DNA from: Eledone cirrhosa
Lineage: Eukaryota
DNA length: 64,000 nt
Direction: 5' to 3'
Assembly: GCA_964016885.1 (NCBI GenBank)
Contig: OZ024757.1
Location: forward strand, 124,001 to 188,000
The position numbers and the translations under genes are program-made. This document shows, one piece after another, positions 13,626 to 24,040 of this stretch. The notes under the pieces are model-generated. The model was not told the DNA's origin, ran no database searches, and saw only the letters and a list, made by a program, of their open reading frames with translations. Position 1 is the stretch's first letter. Every line of letters begins with the position of its first letter.

Positions 13626-13969
13626 TGAGATGATAGGTTTCTTATAAGCAGTTGATATACCGTAACCTCTTGAGAATAGGCTGGTCCTAGTGATCCAAAA
13701 GCACTTCACATCAGTAGTTTATCCCAGGTAGGTGTTGGTAATTAGGAGAGACAGAGTAATCATTTATCAAATAAGAGTAGTTAAGATGGGATTAATTCAC
13801 CATAATTGTTTATTGCATGATATATATTTCTGTGACATGGTTATTCACGTGACATTATCAGATTCTTACACAATCATAGTTACAGTTATGTAATGATTGG
13901 GATATGTCAGTGGGCATGTATAACTATCCTGTAGTAATGTCAGCTGGCATATGTATCATGAATAGTAGT

Positions 13970-16900
13970 AGTAGTGAAATAACAAGGAATGATATGAGAG
14001 GTTATTGACTACTGGTAGTGATATAACAAGGAATGATATGACAGGCTATTGACTAGTAGTAGTGATATAACAAGGAATGATATGACAGGCTATTGACTAC
14101 TGGTAGTGATATAACAAGGAATGATATGACAGGCTATTGACTAGTAGTAGTGATATAACATGGAATGATATGACAGGCTATTGACTACTGGTAGTGATAT
14201 AACAAGGAATGATATGACAGGCTATTGATTACTGGTAGTGATATAACAAGGAATGATATGACAGGCTATTGACTACTGGTAGTGATATAACAAGGAATGA
14301 TATGACAGGCTATTGACTACTGGTAGTGATATAACAAGGAATTATATGACAGGCTATTGATTACTGGTAGTGATATAACAAGGAATGATATGACAGGCTA
14401 TTGACTACTGGTAGTGATATAACAAGGAATGATATGACAGGCTATTGACTACTGGTAGTGATATAACAAGGAATGATATGACAGGTTATTGACTACTGGT
14501 AGTGATATAACAAGGAATGATATGACAGGCTATTGACTACTGGTAGTGAAATAACAAGGAATGATATAAGAGGTTATTGACTACTGGTAGTGATATAACA
14601 AGGAATGATATGACAGGCTATTGACTACTGGTAGTGATATAACAAGGAATGATATGACAGGCTATTGACTACTAGTAGTGATATAACAAGGAATGATATG
14701 ACAGGCTATTGACTACTGGTAGTGATATAACAAGGAATGATATGACAGGCTATTGACTACTGGTAGTGATATAACAAGGAATGATATGACAGGCTATTGA
14801 CTACTAGTAGTGATATAACAAGGAATGATATGACAGGTTATTGACTACTGGTAGTGAAATAACAAGGAATGATATGAGAGGTTATTGACTACTGGTAGTG
14901 ATATAACAAGGAATGATATGACAGGTTATTGACTACTGGTAGTGATATAACAAGGAATGATATGACAGGTTATTGACTACTGGTAGTGATATAACAAGGA
15001 ATGATATGACAGGCTATTGACTACTGGTAGTGATATAACAAGGAATGATATGACAGGCTATTGACTACTGGTAGTGATATAACAAGGAATGATATGACAG
15101 GCTATTGACTACTGGTAGTGATATAACAAGGAATGATATGACAGGTTATTGACTACTGGTAGTGATATAACAAGGAATGATATGACAGGTTATTGACTAC
15201 TGGTAGTGATATAACAAGGAATGATATGAGAGGTTATTGACTATTGGTAGTGATATAACAAGGAATGATATGACAGGTTATTGACTACTGGTAGTGATAT
15301 AACAAGGAATGATATGACAGGCTATTGACTACTGGTAGTGATATAACAAGGAATGATATGAGAGGTTATTGACTATTGGTAGTGATATAACAAGGAATGA
15401 TATGACAGGTTATTGACTACTGGTAGTGATATAACAAGGAATGATATGAGAGGTTATTGACTATTGGTAGTGAAATAACAAGGAATGATATGAGAGGCTA
15501 TTGACTACTGGTAGTGAAATAACAAGGAATGATATGAGAGGCTATTGACTACTGGTAGTGAAATAACAAGGAATGATATGAGAGGTTATTGACTACTGGT
15601 AGTGATATAACAAGGAATGATATGAGAGGTTATTGACTACTGGCAGTGATATAACAAGGAATGATATGACAGGTTATTGACTACTGGTAGTGATATAACA
15701 AGGAATGATATGACAGGTTATTGACTACTGGTAGTGATATAACAAGGAATGATATGACAGGTTATTGACTACTGGTAGTGATATAACAAGGAATGATATG
15801 ACAGGCTATTGACTACTGGTAGTGATATAACAAGGAATGATATGACAGGCTATTGACTACTGGTAGTGATATAACAAGGAATGATATGACAGGCTATTGA
15901 CTACTGGTAGTGATATAACATGGAATGATATGACAGGCTATTGACTACTGGTAGTGAAATAACAAGGAATGATATGAGAGGCTATTGACTACTGGTAGTG
16001 ATATAACAAGGAATGATATGAGAGGTTATTGACTACTGGTAGTGATATAACAAGGAATGATATGACAGGTTATTGACTACTGGTAGTGATATAACAAGGA
16101 ATGATATGACAGGCTATTGACTACTGGTAGTGATATAACAAGGAATGATATGACAGGCTATTGACTACTAGTAGTGATATAACAAGGAATGATATGACAG
16201 GCTATTGACTACTGGTAGTGATATAACAAGGAATGATATGACAGGCTATTGACTACTGGTAGTGATATAACAAGGAATGATATGACAGGCTATTGACTAC
16301 TAGTAGTGATATAACAAGGAATGATATGACAGGTTATTGACTACTGGTAGTGAAATAACAAGGAATGATATGAGAGGTTATTGACTACTGGTAGTGATAT
16401 AACAAGGAATGATATGACAGGTTATTGACTACTGGTAGTGATATAACAAGGAATGATATGACAGGTTATTGACTACTGGTAGTGATATAACAAGGAATGA
16501 TATGACAGGCTATTGACTACTGGTAGTGATATAACAAGGAATGATATGACAGGCTATTGACTACTGGTAGTGATATAACAAGGAATGATATGACAGGCTA
16601 TTGACTACTGGTAGTGATATAACAAGGAATGATATGACAGGTTATTGACTACTGGTAGTGATATAACAAGGAATGATATGACAGGTTATTGACTACTGGT
16701 AGTGATATAACAAGGAATGATATGAGAGGTTATTGACTATTGGTAGTGATATAACAAGGAATGATATGACAGGTTATTGACTACTGGTAGTGATATAACA
16801 AGGAATGATATGACAGGCTATTGACTACTGGTAGTGATATCACAAGGAATGATATGAGAGGTTATTGACTATTGGTAGTGATATAACAAGGAATGATATG

Positions 16901-17737
16901 ACAGGTTATTGACTACTGGTAGTGATATAACAAGGAATGATATGAGAGGTTATTGACTATTGGTAGTGAAATAACAAGGAATGATATGAGAGGCTATTGA
17001 CTACTGGTAGTGAAATAACAAGGAATGATATGAGAGGCTATTGACTACTGGTAGTGAAATAACAAGGAATGATATGAGAGGTTATTGACTACTGGTAGTG
17101 ATATAACAAGGAATGATATGAGAGGTTATTGACTACTGGCAGTGATATAACAAGGAATGATATGACAGGTTATTGACTACTGGTAGTGATATAACAAGGA
17201 ATGATATGACAGGTTATTGACTACTGGTAGTGATATAACAAGGAATGATATGACAGGTTATTGACTACTGGTAGTGATATAACAAGGAATGATATGACAG
17301 GCTATTGACTACTGGTAGTGATATAACAAGGAATGATATGACAGGCTATTGACTACTGGTAGTGATATAACAAGGAATGATATGACAGGCTATTGACTAC
17401 TGGTAGTGATATAACATGGAATGATATGACAGGCTATTGACTACTGGTAGTGAAATAACAAGGAATGATATGAGAGGCTATTGACTACTGGTAGTGATAT
17501 AACAAGGAATGATATGAGAGGTTATTGACTACTGGTAGTGATATAACAAGGAATGATATGACAGGCTATTGACTACTGGTAGTGATATAACAAGGAATGA
17601 TATGACAGGCTATTGACTACTGGTAGTGATATAACAAGGAATGATATGACAGGCTATTGACTACTGGTAGTGATATAACAAGGAATGATATGAGAGGTTA
17701 TTGACTACTGGTAGTGATATAACAAGGAATGATATGT
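13970..17737. repeat. 44-bp satellite (TAGTGATATAACAAGGAATGATATGACAGG[C/T]TATTGACTACTGG), ~85 monomers
   Basis: Direct 44-bp periodicity with an internal 1496-bp (34-mer) duplication. Confidence 0.97.
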
Positions 17738-18030
17738 GATAAAAAGGCAAATAATTATGTCTTCTAATTAATGTAACAATCTTCTTGGACGATAATATCT
17801 CTCTCAAGGAAATGGAGAAATTATCTAAATATAAAGATCTAGAGGTGGAAATAATTCAAACGTGGATGGTGAAAACAGAAACAATACCTGTAATAATAGT
17901 TGCTCTGGGAATAAAAACAAAACAGAAAGACACATAACAGAAACCTCACAACTTACACACACACACACATATATATATACAACAGAAAGTAGCACTACTA
18001 GGTACTACACATATATTACATAGAGTACCC
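17738..18030 (+). mobile_element. 3' fragment of a Dong/R4-like non-LTR retrotransposon (restriction-like endonuclease domain)
   Basis: Manual translation gives CLLINVTIFLDDNISLKEMEKLSKYKDLEVEIIQTWMVKTETIPVIIVALGI and QKVALLGTTHILHRV, matching my recollection of the R4/Dong RLE C-terminus. Confidence 0.75.
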
Positions 18031-18539
18031 CAGGACTTACATATATATGATCGTGTCCACAAGACATGTATCAGACGGTGTTTCAGCTAACTCTATTAGA
18101 ACCCTATTATGTACAGCCACCAACAAATGCCCCTTCACCATCAAAGCAGCTCCCTGATATACAATCCCTACTTGGCTGGCTAATCCTGACAGTCATAATT
18201 GTTTCTACTTTTGGCACAAGGCCAGCAATTATCACAGTGTATTACTGGTACTTTAGTCAATGAAACGAAACCCACGTTTAAATAAGTTTCAACCATAAGT
18301 AGATGAAGAATTAATTTGAAAGAGATTTAGACTAAAACGACGATAACTTTAATTTACGTCAAACAGCGAGGTACAGTTAAATATAAAATATATTTTATAA
18401 TATAAGGTAGTAAATAACATAATTAAATAGACAGAGGTAATTGAAATAATAAAGATATCTTTAATTTACTTCTAACAACGAGGTACAGTTAAATATAAAA
18501 TATATTTCATAATAAATAGACGGAGGTAATTGAAATAAT

Positions 18540-18725
18540 TGTTTCTACTTTTGGCACAAGGCCAGCAATTATTCCAGTGTATTACTGGTACTTTATTTTA
18601 TCGACCCGTTAAGGATGAAAGGCAAAGTTAACCTCGGCGGGTCTTGAACTCAGTCCGTAAAGGGACGTAACTGTGCTGCAAAGCATGGCGTCCGACCCTC
18701 TACTGATACTGCCAATCCACCGCCC
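18540..18725 (-). mobile_element. tRNA-derived SINE with a Nin/Deu-like central domain, present only in unit 1
   Basis: Minus strand GAGTTCAAGACC (B box), then TTTGCCTTTCATCCTTAACGGGTCGATAAAATAAAGTACCAG. Flanked by direct TTGAAATAAT (18530..18539 and 18726..18735). Confidence 0.8.
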
Positions 18726-18980
18726 TTGAAATAATAAAGACAGTCATGATAACAATATATTTTATATTACATGTTACAGTGGAATCTGTCTATTGAAAAA
18801 TAACCCATTTCAGTTTGGAAGTATTTTTCTCTATATATAAAATGACGAGGTTGAAATATCTTCTCTCAATGTTGTTATATAATTTCACTTTTATATAATT
18901 ACTGTATCGTTGAAAGGTTCACATAATTCTATTTTTTACATACATTAATATAGACTTCAAATGAATCTTTGTCAACTTAC

Positions 18981-19021
18981 CTCCTTCACATATAATCAAT
19001 GTGTTGTGTTGTTAGATTTTA
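18981..19021 (-). other. Putative 41-nt non-coding 5' exon of ZNF gene 1
   Basis: Acceptor ttatttcttttgttgtttag| and consensus donor GAG|GTAAGT, both retained in unit 2 (40667..40707). No transcript evidence. Confidence 0.45.
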
Positions 19022-19488
19022 CTAAACAACAAAAGAAATAATCTCTTTGTTGTTAAATTGGAAATTTCAAAGATGTTATCAGCTTTATTTCAGGACATCA
19101 ACGTTGGTGTAACTTCTTCATATTTAGTCATGAATTGATATCTGGTCAGAATAAAGTAGTGAGGCTGACTTTATGTCTTTAGCCAGAGATTTGATAGGAA
19201 ATATGTATATATTAGGTTGATATGTGGTCTAAATATATATATTGTCTACAAATGACTGATAGCAGATATTCTGGTGAAATAGACGTTTTTCTACTACAGA
19301 TTATAATGGAACTCTTAGTAGACACAATTGTAAAGTAAGAATAGATATGACAGTGTAAGACTGATGTCAGGGAAAGAAAATTATGTGTGTGTATATATAT
19401 ACTTAATTGTTACACAAGATATAATTAGACTAATTAAAGTTGTAATGAAGACAGCAGGTACGCTGTGTCGTTTACAATGTTTAAACTT

Positions 19489-20400
19489 TCTTACCGGTGT
19501 CGTACGTTAAAAGTCCCTGATATAATTTAATTCATTCAATCACATTTCCAATCGTATCTAATTGATGGTAAATCGAAAAGTATCACTCAGTTAAATATCG
19601 ATAAGGAAACATCTACGTAGTATCTCACACTGCTAGAAATAGCAGCTAAATTATCTTTTACAGCTTTGTTTTTTGTTTAGACTCTCTTAATTTTGGTTAT
19701 ACAATCAACAACAGTAAGTCTTTTGTTCAGACTTCGGAATAAGGTCGTAGACCGTCAGGACATGCACGTGTGTGTTAATATATATATATATATATAAATA
19801 AATGTTGAGAAACATGCGTTAGGGGTTAGATCGAAAGGTGATGTGTTGTGTCCTTTAGCAAGACACTTTATTGCCAAGCTGTATCGGTCAAAGGGGGTCT
19901 TTGATATATATATAAAATAGAGGTGTGACACACGAGTTGTGATATATTAGTAAAAAGGAAAAGAAAATGCTGACAAATTTTTCCCAGTGAAAAATAGTTT
20001 AATTCGGAATAAGTATTAATTAGTATTTAGTTTTAAGTTTTTACCGGTTGCGCATTTCTTATGCTTTTCAAAAATAATTTTGAGATAGAGTGGTTATTAT
20101 TTTTGCTCTGATCTGATCAGTTTTGGAAATTCTTCCTGTTTTATGTGAAAAAAAGTGGCTTGGCAGGCATTAAAATTTGGTTGGTTGTTGAATGCCACGT
20201 AAATAAGCACTATAAAATTCGCGCCAATTCGTGTGGCAAAAATTCTTGTAGTCAAAACAATATTGATTGGTCGGTAGAAGTCACATGAATGTTTAAATTG
20301 ATTTTACCGCAAGCTGGTTTCGCGTTAAATGTAGGTTTGTCGAAGAGTGATCTTTTCCGCTTGATTGAGTTGCAGTCATGTTGAGAGGTCAACAGTTCAG
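19489..20400 (-). promoter_or_regulatory. Putative first-exon donor and promoter region of ZNF gene 1
   Basis: Donor CCG|GTAAGA at 19495/19494, TATCGATA at 19596..19603, local CpG enrichment, TTCGCGCC and CCAAT/ATTGG motifs at ~20215-20325. Confidence 0.35.
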
Positions 20401-20854
20401 GTGTCTATTAAGACAAATATATGTGTGTGTGTGTGTAGCACAAAAGAGCATCAATAACATCAATAATAAAAGAGGTGAAATGATGTATAGTATTGTCATA
20501 ACAACAAGGCTTGTGTGTGAGTCCAGATTGTACGTACTGCAAGGGGAATCGATGAGGCCCTGCCGTATGGGATACTTGTGTACAAATATGTATGCACCCA
20601 TCATTGTGCAATACATGTGTGCGTGTCGGCACATGTATATCTATAAACATAAAAAGGTATGCGAATTTGTGTTGCACCATAGAACATGTGTGTTTACGTA
20701 TGTCATTGTGTTTATATGTGGATAGAAATGTATGTAGGATGTATGCTGATGTAGGTATGTATGTCAACGTGTGTATGTTGTGTGTTCGTCTTAGGAAGAA
20801 GTGTTTAGACGGGGTCCGTATTTGTTAATAAAGTGAGATTCTTTATATATATAT

Positions 20855-21204
20855 ATATCAATGATATTAATAGATGGAAGCTATATTTATAAAACCATAT
20901 TTATTCTATTATATATATTTCAAGAAGCAGACCTTAACGGTTCAAGTTCCAGACGGAACTTGAACCGTTGAAGTCTCATTCCTGGATATGTCACTATTTA
21001 TAAAACAAACTTTGTATTTTATCTGATGAGTGCATACCAAAGTTTTGGTACCCTTGAAATATATATAATAGAATAAATATGGTTTTATAAATAGTTTCCA
21101 TTTATTAATATCATTGATATTATACTCCAGAAAACCAGTCGAGTGCTCTGAATCTGTTATAAATATATCTGTTGAATTACCAACAAATTAAATATCACTT
21201 TGCT
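20855..21204 (+). mobile_element. Small inverted-repeat element inserted in (TA)n, probably a Penelope-like pseudo-LTR remnant
   Basis: Inverted arms 20855..20924 and 21053..21120, inner 15-bp hairpin 20936..20969, hammerhead motif, TA microsatellite on both sides. Confidence 0.65.
21015..21075 (+). ncRNA. Type I hammerhead ribozyme motif, stem II partly disrupted
   Basis: TATTTTAT-CTGATGA-stem II-GAAA-TATATA-TA|ATAGAATA. Stem I has 8 pairs (one G-U), stem III is a palindromic ATATATAT, and basal stem II has three mismatches. Confidence 0.6.
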
Positions 21205-21499
21205 TATATATATATGTATATATAAACATGCATATATATATATGTATATATAAATATATATATATATATGTATATATAAACATACATATATATATACATA
21301 CATACATACATATATTTATACATTGAAGACCTCACACTGTCATGAATGTATGACAGACCTCACTCTGTCATACATATATTTAGATATGAATGTATGAATA
21401 TGTATATATAAATATATATACATATATATACGATAGCATGGGTCAGACTAGTCATCCTGTTGTGAAACAAGTCAGATCAGACGACCATTTCTTGCTCAC

Positions 21500-21580
21500 A
21501 AACCATTTCTGCCTTGGTTTCTATTGCTGGATGGTCTTCCTAACACCAACCACATTTACAAGGTGGACTGTGCAGTTATT
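21500..21580 (-). mobile_element. Degenerate RTE/SINE 3'-tail fragment
   Basis: gctggatggtcttcctaacaccaacc resembles gctggatgcccttcctaacaccaacc at ~8152. A plus-strand relative lies at ~22260-22300. Confidence 0.55.
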
Positions 21581-23024
21581 GTTGTCTCATGTCACTAACA
21601 TGACCACTCTATAGGGTGGACTGGCTACTTCGAGCTAGCGTGATTGCATGTATCAACACGATGATACAATATAACAGGAAGACGGAAGAAGAGGTGAAGC
21701 ATAGAAATAAACAATATGACTTACTATGTGTGTGTGTGTGTCTATTCTTAGTATACGTTATTCGTCTCAAGGACTGCTGGTTCGATCTGGCTGTTTGGCT
21801 GTAGTCTATGGCTGAGAAGGTGAAAGCCAGGAGAGAGAAAGTGTAAAAGGTCTGCTGATGTCTATATCATTATCTCTCACAGACTGCTGCTTCAGTCTGC
21901 TTGCTGGATTTCCCAAGTGCTTGTATTAATAATAATGCTATAGCTAGAAGGATGTGTATTTGAGTTGATTTTTGATCAGCCGTCTGTGTGTCCTCTGTCT
22001 ACAATCTGGGGTCACTGGTCAAGTGGTATGTACCTTTATCATACTGTTTCTTGACAGGACAATCATGGGAAACTCCCGATAATGGGTGGTCTCAGAGGCG
22101 AGAAACCTCAGATTCGGTTTCGGGTCTTCCCCTGTAAAACATAACAGTATTCCATTATATATAAACACAGTAAAGTGGTCATGACAAAGTGGTCAAGTGC
22201 CCAACCCAAATTATAAAGTGGTTGTGTAGGTGTCATGACAAAGATCACCAACTGCACACTCTAAATATTGTTGGTGTTAGGAAGGACATTCACCATAAAA
22301 AGCCAAGCCAGAACCAGTTCTGTAGGAGTCAAATTCCATTCATTGAGGACTCACTGCATTAATTTTCAGTTATTTTTCAGAAACAACAACCAAAAACTAA
22401 CAGAAATGAATATGTAAAAAAATATTGCAGGTTCCACATGTGATATTTTTAGTAGTCTTTTTATAAATTGGGAAAATAACATTGGTAGTCATAGTAACAG
22501 TAAGATGTCAACAGTGCCACCACCCACCACCAACTACAAACATGACTTAGAGTTACCTACCTTAGAGTGTGTTCAAATACAAACACAATACCCTCAAACT
22601 GTATGGAGGTGTTTTTGTTCAAGGGCTAAATATTAAGTAGATATGACATACACACAGAAGAGATATAAAGTATGTATGACAAAATGTGCTGCAGCCAATA
22701 GAGGAGAGAGCAGGTGTTGATATTAAAGCAGGTGTGTGTTGTTGGTTAATGTTGATTGAACAGGTGTTGTCTACTGGTTTTAGTAGTACCACTTGTCATA
22801 TAGGAGAGAGAGAGACATTCAATACTGAAGCTTGTGTTTGTTGCTTTAGTGTCAGCTACTCTGTTGATTGTAAATGAGGTTAATTAGTCATTTACACAGG
22901 TGAAAAAACTATATATTTTCACCTGTCTCAAAGTCCAGCTGTAGGCAGAGGTAAGCACTGTGATGACGAGAACCATTTTAGTTTGAAATGCAGAGACAAA
23001 TATAGTCCTTGCCTTTGCTGAATT

Positions 23025-23040
23025 CCACCAGATGGCGCTG
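23025..23040 (+). promoter_or_regulatory. CTCF-like core motif CCACCAGATGGCGCTG
   Basis: Close match to the bilaterian CTCF core consensus, in an AT-rich background. Confidence 0.55.
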
Positions 23041-23156
23041 GCTGTCAGTCTTCTATTTATAACTGAGGCTTTCAAAACGTTTATTTATTAAACATGCCGT
23101 ATATCTGAGATGTAGTAAATTCACACATACACACACAAATATTATATATATATATG

Positions 23157-23265
23157 GGAAAAGAGTCAGGACCCCGACGGCTGAGTTCTGGCCGTTTTGA
23201 CAGCTAGTTCAGATCCAGCTGTCAAAACGGCCAGAACTCAGCCGTCGGGGTCCTGACTCTTTTCC
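23157..23265. repeat. Perfect inverted repeat with 49-bp arms and an 11-nt loop, within a ~190-bp element flanked by (TA)n
   Basis: 23157..23205 is the exact reverse complement of 23217..23265. Confidence 0.95.
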
Positions 23266-23540
23266 TATTACCCACTCTACTACCCTAAGTATCGAGTACT
23301 CTGGTGTGTTATGGTCCACCTGGTTCCTTACCACACTTCCTTCATTATATATATATATATATAAAGATATGTACGGATAAAATTTGTTTGTGTGGATCAG
23401 TGTACAAACAAAAATAAGTAAGATTGCTTACCAAAGTATTTTTCTTGACATGGTCTTTGTATATTGTAAGATGCAGCGACCTCACCTCGAACTTTGAAAT
23501 CTTTCTGATGAAATGTAGTATTTTATGTATTGTTAGTGAA

Positions 23541-23942
23541 TGTGCATAATAATTGTTTCTACTTTTGGCACAAGGCCAGCAATTAACAAGTACATTACTG
23601 GTACTTTATTTTATCGACCCCATAAGGATGAAAGGCTAAGTTAACCTTCGCGGGATTTGAACTCGGACCATAAAGGGCCGTAACTCTTTGCTGCAAAGCA
23701 TGGTGCCTGACTCTACTGATACTGCCAATCCACAACCGAATGTGCATAATAATTGTTTCTACTTTTGGCACAAGGCCAGCAATTAACCAGTACATTACTG
23801 GTACTTTATTTTATCGACCCCGTAAGGATGAAAGACAAATTTAACCTTGGCAGGATTTGAACTCAGACCGTAAAGGGATGTAACTATGCTAGAAAGCATG
23901 GCTTCCAACCCTCTACCGATACTGTAAATTGTGCATAATAAT
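23541..23942 (-). mobile_element. Tandem dimer of Nin/Deu-like tRNA SINEs
   Basis: Two ~190-200-bp copies of the 18540 SINE family, bounded by tgtgcataataat at 23541, 23741 and 23930. Confidence 0.82.
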
Positions 23943-24040
23943 AATATGTAACCAGCAGTTGTAGACTGATATTGTATTGAAACATGGGTTAAAGAATGGA
24001 CTTTGATTAAATTCTTCTCTTCTAACCTATACTTCATGCC

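Noticed and set aside
22896-22926. 11-bp hairpin acaggtgaaaa...ttttcacctgt
   Set aside because: Too short and isolated to support a function.
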